From an uncultured Verrucomicrobiae bacterium (GTDB taxonomy: Bacteria; Verrucomicrobiota; Verrucomicrobiia; Limisphaerales; Palsa-1400), in contig CAVXRD010000002.1 in assembly GCA_963764165.1 (NCBI GenBank), forward strand, positions 1,728,001 to 1,792,000: a DNA stretch of 64,000 nt, read 5' to 3'. Under the pieces are notes generated by a model. That model worked only from the letters and a program-made list of their open reading frames with translations, made no database searches and was not told the origin of the DNA. Below are positions 26,495 through 37,258 of this stretch, one piece after another. The translations under genes were made by a program, and so were the position numbers. Each line of letters starts with the position of its first letter. Position 1 is the stretch's first letter.

Positions 26495-27616
26495 TTAACG
26501 CCGCGGCAAAGAGGAACCCGCCGTTTCCGCGGACAATTTCGCCAGCCATCGCGCCGCGCGGGCTTGGGCGTTCTTTTGACTGGTGAGATCCGTCAGCGCG
26601 CGGGCCTTGGTGAACAAACGGCTCTTCTTGACAGACGCATCCATCATTCCAGCGAAGCCCACACACGGGACGCCCTCTTTGCGGCAAAGCCGGGCGATTT
26701 GCCCGACGCCTTTGCCCATGCTTGTTTGCTGATCCATCGCGCCTTCCGCTGTGATGACCAAATCGGCCGCGCGAATGCGTTTCTGCAAGCGCGCATTTTT
26801 TGCGAAGAAATCGAAGCCGGACAAAATTTTGCCTCCGGCAAATGCGGCGATGCCGAATCCCAATCCGCCAGCGGCGCCGGCCCCCGGTTCCTTGGCGTTT
26901 CCGCGGTGAAGCTGCTTCCGCAGCACTTCCGCCAATCGAGCCAGGCACTTGTCCGCAAAATGAAAATCCTCTTGACGCAGGCCTTTTTGCGGGCCGTAGA
27001 TGCGGGAACATCCGTGCTTTCCAAGCAATGGATTGTAAACGTCCACCGCAATGACAATGGACATATCGAGCGGCGAAGGCGGCGGGAGAATCTCCGCAAG
27101 TTCAAAAAGCTGCCACCATTCCGCAAGTTCCGTCCCGCTTTTGCCGGTGAATTTCCAGCCCAGCGCCCGCGCCAGCCCGAAACCGCCGTCGTTGGTGGCG
27201 CTGCCGCCGACGCCGGTGATGCATTTGACAGCTCCCGCCCTGGCGGCGGCGCGGAGAACGTTCCCGAGGCCGAAGGTATCCAATTGAAACGGGTGGCGTT
27301 TTTTTCCGGCCATCATGGCAAGGCCGTTGACCCGGGCGGATTCGACGATGGCCACGCGAGTATTCGCGTTCCACCACCAGACACATGGAATCGGTTCATG
27401 CGCCGCGTTTACGGTGGTGATGCGGCGCGGCTGGGCTCCCATCAATCCGGCAAGAACACCGCCAAAACCGTCGCCGCCATCGCTCATGGGAAGAATGTCC
27501 AGATCGTCGCCGGGCCGCGATTTTCGCCAGCCGGACGCAATGGCTTCCGCCACCTCGGGAGCGGTGAGGCTCCCTTTGAATTTGTCCGGCACTATGAGAA
27601 CGCGAGCCGGCTGCAT
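26495..27616 (-). CDS. glxK: Glycerate kinase (GlxK/GarK family)
   Basis: PDKFKGSLTA, PMSDGGDG, GGSATNDGG, YGPQKG, GAGAAGGLG and TAEG motifs. Confidence 0.93.
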   Translation of the reverse strand: MQPARVLIVPDKFKGSLTAPEVAEAIASGWRKSRPGDDLDILPMSDGGDGFGGVLAGLMGAQPRRITTVNAAHEPIPCVWWWNANTRVAIVESARVNGLAMMAGKKRHPFQLDTFGLGNVLRAAARAGAVKCITGVGGSATNDGGFGLARALGWKFTGKSGTELAEWWQLFELAEILPPPSPLDMSIVIAVDVYNPLLGKHGCSRIYGPQKGLRQEDFHFADKCLARLAEVLRKQLHRGNAKEPGAGAAGGLGFGIAAFAGGKILSGFDFFAKNARLQKRIRAADLVITAEGAMDQQTSMGKGVGQIARLCRKEGVPCVGFAGMMDASVKKSRLFTKARALTDLTSQKNAQARAARWLAKLSAETAGSSLPRR

Positions 27617-27619
27617 CGA

Positions 27620-28690
27620 TCAGATTTTGACTTTGAATTCCTCGCCCTTCTTGAGCGAGCGCGCGAAGGCCGCCATCAAGACGGGAATCTGCGCGAGGTC
27701 TTTGAGATTCACCACTTCCACCGGAGAATGCATGTAGCGATTCGGAAGGCTGATCAGCGCGCTGGGGATGCCGCCGCGCGTCCAGAAAATGACATCCGTA
27801 TCCGTGCCGGTGTTGTTCGAAGTTGCTTCGTGCTGGAGCTTGATTTTTTGCGTTTTCGCAACAGCTTCCAGCCGCCCCACCACCTCGGGATGATTGCAGC
27901 CGCCGTGGGTCAGGCTCGGGCCTTTGCCGAGGCGGATATCCCCATGCTGGGTTTGACTCACAGTCGGATAATCAGTGGCATGCGTGACGTCCACCACGAG
28001 GGCAACGTCTGGCTTGAGAGTGTAGGCAATCTGCCGCGCCCCCAGCAACCCGACCTCCTCCATGATGTTCGACACCGCCAGAATTTCCGCGTTCAGCTTC
28101 TTGCGGTCCTCGCTCAATTGCCGCAGCGCCTCGGCCACCGCAAACGTGCCGACGCGATTGTCGAACGCCCTCGCCACGGCCAAATCGCCGCGCAGCAGAT
28201 CAAAAGAATTGCTCAAGGTGATGGGGTCGCCCACGCGAACGAGCTTCTCCGCCTCCTTGCGGCTGTCGACGCCGATGTCGATGAACAAGTCCTCCATCTT
28301 CGGCACTTTGCGCTCGCCCTCACTCTTGGTCAGGTGCGGGGCGACGTTGCCGACGACGCCCTTCACGGGGCCTTCCTTGGTGTGAACAATGACGCGCTGG
28401 GCTTTGGTGATGGCGGGGTCGACACCTCCCATTTTGCGAACGTAAATGTAGCCCTGCTTGTTAATATAATTGACGACCATCGAAATTTCGTCGGCGTGGG
28501 CGGCCAGCATGACGCGCGGGGAACCGCCTTTGTTCAACACGGCGACCGTGTTTCCGTAGGCATCGCTGAAAGTCTCATCCGCGAAGGGGCTGACGAAATC
28601 AAGCCAGACCCGCTGGCCTCGTGCTTCGTGGCCGGAAGGGCTTGGGGTGTTCACCAGTTTCTCCAGAAATTGGATCGATTCGTCGCGCAT
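27620..28690 (-). CDS. M42 family metallopeptidase
   Basis: SPSGHE, AAHADEI, LFIDIG, AFDNRVG, EEVGLLGA, DVTHA, GTD and RYMHSP motifs. Confidence 0.93.
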   Translation of the reverse strand: MRDESIQFLEKLVNTPSPSGHEARGQRVWLDFVSPFADETFSDAYGNTVAVLNKGGSPRVMLAAHADEISMVVNYINKQGYIYVRKMGGVDPAITKAQRVIVHTKEGPVKGVVGNVAPHLTKSEGERKVPKMEDLFIDIGVDSRKEAEKLVRVGDPITLSNSFDLLRGDLAVARAFDNRVGTFAVAEALRQLSEDRKKLNAEILAVSNIMEEVGLLGARQIAYTLKPDVALVVDVTHATDYPTVSQTQHGDIRLGKGPSLTHGGCNHPEVVGRLEAVAKTQKIKLQHEATSNNTGTDTDVIFWTRGGIPSALISLPNRYMHSPVEVVNLKDLAQIPVLMAAFARSLKKGEEFKVKI

Positions 28691-28743
28691 GCTTCGAAAT
28701 TAACGACACGCCCCTCGCTTGTCGATACTTCTGGAGTGGCCCA

Positions 28744-28846
28744 AAGGCAGGGACGCCTCGCCGAGGCGTCCGGGGGCTCTCACAAGTCCGAACGCGTTCG
28801 AAAAACGCCACAGCCTCGGACGCCCCCGGCGAGGCGTCCCTGCCTT
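28744..28846. repeat. REP doublet, family A (GCAG-foot variant)
   Basis: aaggcagggacgcctcgccgaggcgtcc...ggacgcccccggcgaggcgtccctgcctt. Confidence 0.88.
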
Positions 28847-28849
28847 GCT

Positions 28850-29062
28850 TCAGCAGCGGCAGCGTCTCCAACCGAGCAACCTCGCTGGCAGAAATAGAAT
28901 GGCGGAGATGAGCGCAAACATGGCGCGAATTGTCACAAAGAGAAGCCCGAACGGGAGCGAGACTAACAAGACGAACGGAGCCGCGATGAGCGCCGCAATC
29001 GCCAGCGGCCACGCCAGGACCAGAAGAACGCACCAAAGAAAAAATAATATGAGCACTTTCAT
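28850..29062 (-). CDS. Small hydrophobic membrane protein
   Basis: 70 aa, almost entirely hydrophobic (WCVLLVLAWP...LFLPARLLG); GGAAAGG-like RBS. Confidence 0.65.
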   Translation of the reverse strand: MKVLILFFLWCVLLVLAWPLAIAALIAAPFVLLVSLPFGLLFVTIRAMFALISAILFLPARLLGWRRCRC

Positions 29063-29151
29063 ATTGCCTTTCCGACAACGCCGCCATCGGCTCCTTCAAT
29101 AAACCATCGGGGCTCATTGATGTCAATTACAGCCATAACAATCGCGTGTGC

Positions 29152-30591
29152 TTACGCGGGTTTTGCTGCCAGGGACCGCTCGCGCAGGAATGCGCTCAAG
29201 CTAAGGAGTGGACCGGTCATGCCGGTGGTCACCAGCGCCATAATAATGAGCATCGTAAAGATGCGCGCGGAGAGAATCCCAAGGTCGTAGCCGATGTTCA
29301 ACGCAATCAACTCCACCAATCCGCGCGTGTTCATCAAGGCGCCAAGCGCGAAGGAATCGATCCAGCTTACTCCCGTCATTTGCGCCGTCAGCATCGAGCC
29401 GCCCAATTTCCCGACCGTCGCGATGGCGATTAAAATGGCGCACAAAGCCCATCCGCCCGAATCGCTGACCAACCCGATTTGCGTCCTCAATCCTGTGAAT
29501 GCGAAAAACAGCGGCAGCAAAAATACCGAGCTGAAATTCTCCAGCCGCAGTTTGAGGAAGTCGCGCAATTCGCCTTGCGTGGGCATCATCGTGCCCGCCA
29601 AAAACGCGCCGAATAGCGCGTGAATCCCCATCACATCCGTCGCCAGCGCGGAGGCGAACACGAAAACAACGACGCCCGCCGTCACGCCTTTCCCCGGAGC
29701 GGAGCCGCCACGCGTGGCCGAACCAAGAATTCGCGGCAACAGCGGTTTGATCCAAAACAACATTACCAGGACGAAGGCCACCACCAATCCGATATTGAAA
29801 GCTGCGGATGCGATGTTGGCGGCTTTCGCGATGGCAACCACCAGCGCAAGAATGACCCAGGCCATCACGTCGTTGGTGGCCGCGCAAATCAGGGCCGTGC
29901 TGCCGAGGGGCGTCTTGGTCAGGCCGCGTTCCTCGAGAATGCGCGCCAGCACAGGAAAAGCCGTGATGCTCATTGAAATTCCCACAAACAGCGCGAACGC
30001 GGCGAACGTCGTGTGCGGCCCCGCCAGTGACGTGTAGAGAAAAAACGCGCTCACGACTCCCAGCGCGTAGGGAAACAAGATGCTCATCTGGCTGATCAGC
30101 ACCGCCCGCCCAGCCTGCTGTTTCAATTCAGCGACGTCCAGCTCCATTCCGACCACGAACATGAAAAGGCATACGCCGATTTGGCTCAGCAGCCGCAGCG
30201 GCCCGAGGGAAGGCGCGGAGAAAATGAGATTGAACAAGCTCGGCGACAGCCAGCCAAGCAGGGACGGCCCCAGCAAAATTCCCGCAATCATTTCGCCAAC
30301 GACGCTGGGCTGACCCGCCTTCGCCGCCAGCCAGCCGCAGGCTCGCGCCGCCATGACGATCAATATCAATTGAAGAAACAGGCGGGTGAGAGGATCTTTG
30401 AAATTCTCGCGCAGATTCGCCAGCAGGGACGTTGACTGCGTTGAAGCTGCCGCCGCCGCGCTATTGGAGCCGGCCGGCGAGACATTGGCAGCGCTCGCGG
30501 GCGCAGGCAGTTTGCGCCCCGCCTCCAGAGTGAGGGCGATGCAAAGGCCAAACAGAACCAGCCCAAGAAAACAAAGTGCCAGGCGCTTCAT
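29152..30591 (-). CDS. Cation:proton antiporter (CPA2/Kef-type)
   Basis: GQPSVVGEMIAGILLGPS, GMELD, SITAFPVLARILEE, FGAFLAG, LPLFFAFTGLRT and MNTRGL motifs; start estimated. Confidence 0.9.
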   Translation of the reverse strand: MKRLALCFLGLVLFGLCIALTLEAGRKLPAPASAANVSPAGSNSAAAAASTQSTSLLANLRENFKDPLTRLFLQLILIVMAARACGWLAAKAGQPSVVGEMIAGILLGPSLLGWLSPSLFNLIFSAPSLGPLRLLSQIGVCLFMFVVGMELDVAELKQQAGRAVLISQMSILFPYALGVVSAFFLYTSLAGPHTTFAAFALFVGISMSITAFPVLARILEERGLTKTPLGSTALICAATNDVMAWVILALVVAIAKAANIASAAFNIGLVVAFVLVMLFWIKPLLPRILGSATRGGSAPGKGVTAGVVVFVFASALATDVMGIHALFGAFLAGTMMPTQGELRDFLKLRLENFSSVFLLPLFFAFTGLRTQIGLVSDSGGWALCAILIAIATVGKLGGSMLTAQMTGVSWIDSFALGALMNTRGLVELIALNIGYDLGILSARIFTMLIIMALVTTGMTGPLLSLSAFLRERSLAAKPA

Positions 30592-30614
30592 CCAAACGCT
30601 GCAAGTAGGCCACA

Positions 30615-33041
30615 TCAGGGCGCGGTTGTCACGGTTTGAGCCGTCGAAACCGGCTGGCCGTCGGCGGCTCGAAGCGAGCAGCCGTTTTGTGTCAACTGCA
30701 ACGTCAACGCCCCGGTGTCGCGCTCGAAAATGACGGCGGCGCCGCGTCGCCGCAGACGTTCGCGCAATTTCGGGGGGGCGCGCTTGGTGGCGGGAAATGC
30801 CGCATCCGCGATGATGATCATCTTCGGGCGAAGTTGATCGAGCAGCGGTTCGCACAAGGGCTCGTCGCGGGCGGGCAAACCTGCTATTACAATGTCCGCC
30901 CGCGCTTCCGGATGGCGGCGCATCAACGCGTCCTGGCCGTCCCGGCCCAGAGACGGGAGGAGCACAATGGATTGGCCGTTGAGCTCGCGCCTCAGCGCGA
31001 GGGCGTTGTCGTCGGCTTGGGCAAACTTTTCGTTCGCCCCAGGGTGAAGAACCGTCCAGCCGCCGATGATATCGCCGTCCGAAACGCCGCGCCAGCGGTC
31101 AGCCCGGCGCAAATCCGAAATCAGCGATTGATAAGCAGCCGAGCGGTTTGGAACCGCCGACGCAAATATTCCGTCGGCTGCAAAATCATTCAGGATGCGT
31201 TTCGCGCCGCCAAAATATTCCAGTCGCCCGACCGCGAGGCAGACGCCCGTCATGCGATTGACACCATGGGCGCACAGAAACGGTTTGACCAGATTGGCGG
31301 CGGATTCGTCATTGCCGCAGTCAACCAGAAATTTCCGTTCCAGCCCCGGCGGCGAAACCACGATGACCGGCGCGCCGCCAGCGGGAAGAATATCCAGGCG
31401 CGCGATGCGCCAGCTTAGAATCCAATGTGACGCGATGACGATGGCCGCGCTCGTCAGCGCCGCCGCGACCGGCCACTTGAATCGCGAACGAAAAATCAAG
31501 CCACTCACCACCACAAGAAGCAGGAGGTAAAGATAGATGCATGTCGAAGCGGAGGGTGCGGCAACGTTGGCGTGGCCCCCCGGCCAGCGCGAGGCGCATC
31601 CGCTGAACCAGATGATAAACTTCATCAGCAGCCAGGTGGAATTATTGAATAATTCGGCCAGGCTAGGAAACCAGCCGCCCGTCAAGAGACTGCCCGCTCC
31701 GCTCATGACCGCCAGCGCGACCGCAGGCACGACCACGCAATTCGCGGGGATGCTGGCCGGAGTGAACAAATGGAAGTAGTAGGCCGAAAGAGGAATTGAC
31801 CCAATCCATGCCGCAATGGACATCGCAACTGTGTCAATCAAGTAAATGGCGGCCGTGTAAAGCCATTCTGGCCAGCGTTTTTGCAGGGAATCAGGCAGGA
31901 ATGGGTCGCGCGCAAAAATCCATCCGCGCAATGCGGCCCGCACACGCGGCAGCACGAAGCCAATGCAGAGCGCGACGACAAAGGACAATTGAAAGCCGGG
32001 CTGAAATAATTGGGCCGGATTCCACAGCAATACGATCACGGCCGCCGCAAACAGCGAGTTGATCAAATCAACGGGCCTTCGGCAGACCCAGCCAAAGATC
32101 AGCACTGTCGCCATGATGGCCGCGCGAATGGCCGAGGCTGGCCAGCCCATTAATCCCGCGTAAGCCCACAAAGCTGGCAGCACGATCAGACCACACCACT
32201 GCCGTGGAATGCGGAGCAATCGAAGCAATCCCAATTCAATGGCCGCGATCATGCCGATGCGCAAGCCGTCCACCGCAAATATATGGTAGGTGCCCGCCTG
32301 GAGAAACGGCTCTTCCACCGCATCCGTCAGCGGCGCCTTCCAATCGAGCATCAGCGTCCATGTCAGGCGAAGCGGCTCGTCTTCTTCCGGCAATCCGAGC
32401 GCGAGTGTCGTTCTCGCCCACTGCCGGAATCGCTCCGAAATGGGAAGCGGCAGGTTCGCCGCCTGCCAGTCGCCCGGTTCCGAAGTTTGCAGGACGAAGA
32501 AAACTCCTTCGCGCCTGTAGAATGAGCGCGGGTCGAACAACCCATCCGCCACCGGCCCGCGCGGCGGCTGAAGCAGGCCGGTGACATCCACCGTTTGGCC
32601 CTCGAAAATGTTTGTGGGCAAAATCCCGGAAGCGCCAGCCACAATGCGTCCAACGGCCGGGTGCCATTCGCCATTGGTGGAAATTTCCAGGGCGTCAATC
32701 AGCGCAGACGAATGCCAGAACTCGCGCTGTTCGCGTTCAAAAATGCGCTGGGAAGGGGGGGCGCGCACCACGCCGCGCAGCGTGACGAATTGCGGGCGCT
32801 CCCCGAACGCGGCTCGAAGATCATTTGGAGAAAGGATAGCCGAGTGCCAGCAGGCGTTTGTCCAGCCCGTCATGAATAATGCCACGGCCAGCAGCCACGG
32901 GCGCGCGCGGCTCCATGCCAGCGCCAGCGCCACCGCCACAAACGAAACTGCAAACAGCCAGGCCAGTGGCGGGCGAGCCAGCTCTCCGCATAAAATGCCC
33001 GCGATCAAACAGCACGCTACCGGAAGCAGCGGGCGCTTCAT
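30615..33041 (-). CDS. comEC: ComEC/Rec2 competence protein
   Basis: OB-like N-domain; competence domain (GTYHIFAVDGLR, SAIRA, PGFQLSF); C-terminal degenerate beta-lactamase-like domain (LVDCG). Confidence 0.88.
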   Translation of the reverse strand: MKRPLLPVACCLIAGILCGELARPPLAWLFAVSFVAVALALAWSRARPWLLAVALFMTGWTNACWHSAILSPNDLRAAFGERPQFVTLRGVVRAPPSQRIFEREQREFWHSSALIDALEISTNGEWHPAVGRIVAGASGILPTNIFEGQTVDVTGLLQPPRGPVADGLFDPRSFYRREGVFFVLQTSEPGDWQAANLPLPISERFRQWARTTLALGLPEEDEPLRLTWTLMLDWKAPLTDAVEEPFLQAGTYHIFAVDGLRIGMIAAIELGLLRLLRIPRQWCGLIVLPALWAYAGLMGWPASAIRAAIMATVLIFGWVCRRPVDLINSLFAAAVIVLLWNPAQLFQPGFQLSFVVALCIGFVLPRVRAALRGWIFARDPFLPDSLQKRWPEWLYTAAIYLIDTVAMSIAAWIGSIPLSAYYFHLFTPASIPANCVVVPAVALAVMSGAGSLLTGGWFPSLAELFNNSTWLLMKFIIWFSGCASRWPGGHANVAAPSASTCIYLYLLLLVVVSGLIFRSRFKWPVAAALTSAAIVIASHWILSWRIARLDILPAGGAPVIVVSPPGLERKFLVDCGNDESAANLVKPFLCAHGVNRMTGVCLAVGRLEYFGGAKRILNDFAADGIFASAVPNRSAAYQSLISDLRRADRWRGVSDGDIIGGWTVLHPGANEKFAQADDNALALRRELNGQSIVLLPSLGRDGQDALMRRHPEARADIVIAGLPARDEPLCEPLLDQLRPKMIIIADAAFPATKRAPPKLRERLRRRGAAVIFERDTGALTLQLTQNGCSLRAADGQPVSTAQTVTTAP

Positions 33042-33043
33042 GG

Positions 33044-33508
33044 TCAGGCCTTTTTGGCCGGGGTTCGCCAGACCGCCCGGCTTATGCCCCACGCCAGCGC
33101 CAGTCCGCAGGCCGCCCCGCTTGTGTCAATCATAACATCCGTCACCGCCGGCTGGCGGCCCGGAACGTAGCGCTGGTGAAATTCATCCGAAGACGCGTAG
33201 AGCGCGCAAAATATCAGCGCATAACAGAATTGACGCCCGGGCGGGCAACCGCTGAAGATGGGATCCTTGCGCACCAAACGCCACGCGAGAATTCCCAGAA
33301 TCGAATACTCGGTGAAGTGCGCCATCTTTCGGACAAAATGATGGAAACCCTCCAGTGTATCCGCCGAGGCATGGGGCATCAGCCACCGCAGGAAGGGTAT
33401 GATGAATCTTGACGTATTATGCGGGCCGCCCATCGAAGTCGACGCGCCAAAGATCACGCACATCCATAAGAGCAGCGGGAGCCAATATTTGCAGATTCTG
33501 CCTAACAC
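33044..33508 (-). CDS. VanZ family membrane protein
   Basis: RKMAHFTEYSILG and YASSDEFHQRYVPGR...DVMID motifs. Confidence 0.9.
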   Translation of the reverse strand: MLGRICKYWLPLLLWMCVIFGASTSMGGPHNTSRFIIPFLRWLMPHASADTLEGFHHFVRKMAHFTEYSILGILAWRLVRKDPIFSGCPPGRQFCYALIFCALYASSDEFHQRYVPGRQPAVTDVMIDTSGAACGLALAWGISRAVWRTPAKKA

Positions 33509-33595
33509 GGCGAAAAAAGACTACGGCGGCAGTTCAATTGCAATGGGAAAAACAACCCGCGCCAGCAAAGGTGTGATGCGCGAACGCAATTTAGC

Positions 33596-33697
33596 CGGAG
33601 CGCCGCTGTGTCGAAGACCAGCCGCAGCAACGTTGAATGGCTGGCGCCCGTGGCGGTGCAACGCGCTGCGGCTGGTCTTCGACACAGCCGCGCCCCG
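33596..33697. repeat. Palindromic repeat family B, intact copy
   Basis: Perfect 24-bp inverted repeat gctgtgtcgaagaccagccgcagc (33605-33628) / 33665-33688. Confidence 0.88.
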
Positions 33698-33803
33698 GGC
33701 AACAGGTTGCGCCCTCATGCAATTTCAAGTGAGCCGGGCAGCCCATTGTTCCGCAATTTGTTGCCGACAAAACGGCGCGGGTGGCATAAGCTGCAGCCAT
33801 TCT

Positions 33804-35012
33804 ATGAAGCCATCCATCGTCAGCATTTCGATTGGCCTCGCGATTGCATGTTTGACACAATTGCCGGGAACCACATTCGCCCAGCAAAAGCGCGAACAGC
33901 ACGTCAGCCATCCAACTGATCCGGGGACGCCACCGTTGATCGCCGCCGGGCCGGACGCGGAACACCTGGCACAAGTGGCGTTGAAGAATTCGCCCGCGGA
34001 AAATCCGTCCGCCAACCCGACCAGTGGCGCGCCAGGTGTCAATCCGCCATCGGACGTCGATGGCAATTTTATCATCGGACCAATTTACAAGGCCGCGCCG
34101 GAATTGACGGTGGTTCCCGGTGTGCCGCAGGGGCGCGTGCAGCAATTCACGATTGCTTCGACGGAGAGCCCATTGTTCCCCGGCGTGATGCGCAGAGCCA
34201 ACGGCAAAGTTGATCCGGCTAATCCCAAGACGCTGATTGTCGACACATATCCCACGAACTACACGCGGACAATCACCGTCTATGTGCCGCATCAATACGT
34301 GCCCGGCACAGCCGCGCCCTTCATCGTCACGCATGATGGCCCGGGCATGGGAAATCCGGACATGACCTGGCCGCATGTGCTTGACAATATGATCGCCCAG
34401 CATCGTCTTCCGGCCATGGCGGCCGTGATGGTCGGCAACGGCGGCGGCGATGCCCAAGGCTGCGAGCGCGGCATTGAATACGACACGATGTCGGGGAAAT
34501 ACGCGGAATACATTGAGACTGTCGTGCTCCCAAGGGTTGAGAAGGAGTGCAGTGTCAAGTTGACAAAAGATCCCGAAGGGCGCGCCGTTTCGGGCGGCAG
34601 CTCCGGCGGTTCGGCGGCGTTGGAAATGGCGTGGTATCATCCCGAATGGTATCATCGCGTTCTGGCCTACTCGGGCACGTTCGTGAACCAGCAATGGCCG
34701 TTCAATCCCGAGACGCCGGGCGGCGCGTGGGATTTTCATGAAACGCTGATACCGCAAAGCCCCGTGAAGCCGATCCGCCTCTGGCTCGAAGTGGGCGACC
34801 GCGATCTGTATAACCCGAATTCGATGCGCGATGGAATGCACGATTGGGTGGAGGCAAATAATCACATGGCAAAAGCGCTCCGCGCAAAAGGCTACCACTA
34901 CCAATATGTGTATGCCGTCAACGCCGGACATGTGGACCGCAATGTCCGAAATCAAACGCTGCCTGAAGCGCTCGAATGGCTTTGGAAAGGCTACCCCATC
35001 CCGGCCCAGTAA
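33804..35012 (+). CDS. Secreted alpha/beta hydrolase (enterochelin esterase-like)
   Basis: Signal peptide; ITVYVP, ERGIEYD and GGSSGG nucleophile elbow; AGH near the C-terminus. Confidence 0.85.
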   Translation: MKPSIVSISIGLAIACLTQLPGTTFAQQKREQHVSHPTDPGTPPLIAAGPDAEHLAQVALKNSPAENPSANPTSGAPGVNPPSDVDGNFIIGPIYKAAPELTVVPGVPQGRVQQFTIASTESPLFPGVMRRANGKVDPANPKTLIVDTYPTNYTRTITVYVPHQYVPGTAAPFIVTHDGPGMGNPDMTWPHVLDNMIAQHRLPAMAAVMVGNGGGDAQGCERGIEYDTMSGKYAEYIETVVLPRVEKECSVKLTKDPEGRAVSGGSSGGSAALEMAWYHPEWYHRVLAYSGTFVNQQWPFNPETPGGAWDFHETLIPQSPVKPIRLWLEVGDRDLYNPNSMRDGMHDWVEANNHMAKALRAKGYHYQYVYAVNAGHVDRNVRNQTLPEALEWLWKGYPIPAQ

Positions 35013-35052
35013 ACTAAGGGACCGGTGCCCGTCCGGGAATGATTCAGTTGCC

Positions 35053-35180
35053 TTGGGCGCGCGGTCGTCTCGCCGAAAACCTGTGGAGCGCCGGCGGTTC
35101 GCCAATCGGTCTTGGTAGAGTCATCGTAAGACCTGCCTGCGAGCAGCCGGCCAGAGCGGACGGGACGGTCGCGCTCCCAA
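35053..35180. repeat. Palindromic repeat family C (TTGGGAGCGCGACCGTC-like arms)
   Basis: ttgggcgcgcggtcgtctc ... gggacggtcgcgctcccaa, imperfect inverted arms between convergent genes. Confidence 0.6.
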
Positions 35181-35201
35181 TACCAACTGATTCGTTCCGG
35201 C

Positions 35202-37031
35202 TCAGGCCGCTTCCTGCGCGGAATTTTTCGTTTTCGCGGCGGCCATCGGGCGGTCAAGGCATTCGCGCACCACTTTTAGCAGAGTCGCTGGCCGATATGG
35301 TTTGGCCAGGAAATTATGCTCATCGATGCTCTCAAGATGCGTGCCCGGAAGCCCCGCCGCGTAACCGCTGGTGAAAATAACCTTCAGGCGCGGATCTTCG
35401 GCGGTAAGCTGGCCGGCAAGCTTCTGGCCCGTGACGCCATCGGGCATGACGATGTCTGTCAATAATAAATGAATGTCGCCCGCGCGCCGGCCCCATTTCT
35501 CCAGGGCCTCTCGCCCGGAGTTGGCGGAGATGACTTTGTATCCCCCGCTGGAGAGCACATGCGCGACGAGGTCCTGCAGATCCGGCTCGTCGTCAACGAC
35601 AAGGATGGTTTCATGCCCGGCCACGGGCTTGGTCCCGGGCGCGGATGCCGCCAACGGAGCTGAAATCGGACCCGGCAAGGCCTGCGATTCTTTCATTGCG
35701 ATCGCGGGCAGGTAAACGCGGAACGCGGTGCCGCGATCCACTTTGCTCTGCACATCCACCCAGCCATGATGCTGTTTGATGATTCCGTAGACCGTCGAAA
35801 GCCCCAGGCCGGCGCTGTGCTCGGGCCCCTTGGTGGTGAAAAATGGCTCGAAGATGCGGGGCAAATCTTCCGGCTCGATCCCAATCCCGGTGTCACTGAC
35901 TGTCAAACGCACGAAGTCGCCTGGCCGCGCGTCTGGATTTGCCGGCAGCTCCCCGGCGGAAAGAGTCACCGGGGCGGCTGCCAGAGAGAGAATCCCGCCG
36001 TTCGGCATCGCTTCGCGCGCGTTGGCCGCGAGATTCATCAGCAGCGTTTCCATCATTTGACCGTCGGCGTTGACCATCGGGAGGCCGGGCGCGATATGCA
36101 CATCAAGCTTGATTTCCGGCGTCTGGGCGCGCGGCAGCCGGGCGGCGGCTGCTTCCAGCGAATCGCGCAATTGCGTCGGGCGCAGCTCCACAATTTGCTG
36201 GCGGCAAAACGTCAGCAATTTCCCGACCAGCTTCGCCCCGCGGTCGGCAACTGTCCGAATATTTTCCAGCGACCGGAAATCCGGCGAATCGGGAGTGGTT
36301 GCCGAAAGGAGAAGAGCCGTGTTGCCCTGCACCACCGTGAGCATGTTGTTGAAATCGTGGGCGATGCCAGCGGCCAATTGCCCGACGGCTTCCATTTTCT
36401 GGGCCTGGCGCAATTGGCCCGCCAGGCGGATGTGTTCGGAGATTTCCTTTTTGAGTTTTTCGTTGGTCTGCTGCAGATCGCGCGTCCGTTGCGCCACGAG
36501 GCGATCCAGGTCGCGAAGACGGCCGCTGACCTCGTGAGTCAGGCTCCATTTTTGGGTGAGCGCGTTGGCTAATTGCAGAACTTCAATGCTATCGAAAGGC
36601 TTTCTAAGAATGAGCAGGCTATCCGAGCGCGTGATGACCCGAATCAACTTCTCCCATGAATGATCGGATTGGGCCGTGCAGAGAACGACTTGCAAATCGG
36701 GAAACCGTTGGACAAGCCTGGCCACCGTGTCCATCGAGTCGGGACCGGCGGGCGAGCGGACATCGATGAACGCGACCGCGAAAGGCCGCCCCGCAATCTG
36801 CGCCTCCTCGATCATGTGCAGCCCCTCGTCGCCGTGCCCGGACGATTCCACTTCAAATGTCAGCGAATCTGGAATGGGCGCCGGATCGCCGAACAGATCA
36901 TGCTCATTGTTGTTGACTGCCGAAGAACCCGGATTCTGGCAGCGCAGAATGCGCCGCATATCCGGGCTGATCGAGCGATTATAGTCGATCACCAGGATGC
37001 GGTTGTTCCGAACTTGAGTAGGGACATTCAT
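35202..37031 (-). CDS. Cytoplasmic hybrid histidine kinase (REC-HisKA-HATPase-REC)
   Basis: [21 protein letters not shown]-box, [19 protein letters not shown] and GLGLS; C-terminal receiver ILVVDDE...LLTDIVMP...KPY; N-terminal receiver-like domain. Confidence 0.93.
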   Translation of the reverse strand: MNVPTQVRNNRILVIDYNRSISPDMRRILRCQNPGSSAVNNNEHDLFGDPAPIPDSLTFEVESSGHGDEGLHMIEEAQIAGRPFAVAFIDVRSPAGPDSMDTVARLVQRFPDLQVVLCTAQSDHSWEKLIRVITRSDSLLILRKPFDSIEVLQLANALTQKWSLTHEVSGRLRDLDRLVAQRTRDLQQTNEKLKKEISEHIRLAGQLRQAQKMEAVGQLAAGIAHDFNNMLTVVQGNTALLLSATTPDSPDFRSLENIRTVADRGAKLVGKLLTFCRQQIVELRPTQLRDSLEAAAARLPRAQTPEIKLDVHIAPGLPMVNADGQMMETLLMNLAANAREAMPNGGILSLAAAPVTLSAGELPANPDARPGDFVRLTVSDTGIGIEPEDLPRIFEPFFTTKGPEHSAGLGLSTVYGIIKQHHGWVDVQSKVDRGTAFRVYLPAIAMKESQALPGPISAPLAASAPGTKPVAGHETILVVDDEPDLQDLVAHVLSSGGYKVISANSGREALEKWGRRAGDIHLLLTDIVMPDGVTGQKLAGQLTAEDPRLKVIFTSGYAAGLPGTHLESIDEHNFLAKPYRPATLLKVVRECLDRPMAAAKTKNSAQEAA

Positions 37032-37229
37032 ATGTCAAACCGCCGGCTGCGGCGGGTGCGTTCCCGACGGAAAAGCGTGTTCCTTTGGCGCGCTCTCACC
37101 AATCCGCCAAAGATAAAAGCCCTGATTTGCTCGAATCATAAATAAGCTTGCGGCAGCAGGGCGTGAGCATGGTGCTTCTGTGTCCTGCTGTTTAATCCGA
37201 CTCGCCTTAACCGTCATGCGACATCTCTG

Positions 37230-37258
37230 TTATCGGCGGCGCCCGCAAAAGACTTTAG
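37230..37258 (-). promoter_or_regulatory. Sigma-28 (FliA)-like promoter
   Basis: Minus strand cTAAAgtcttttgcgggcgccGCCGATAA = TAAA-N16-GCCGATAA, about 200 bp upstream of the hybrid kinase. Confidence 0.65.
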
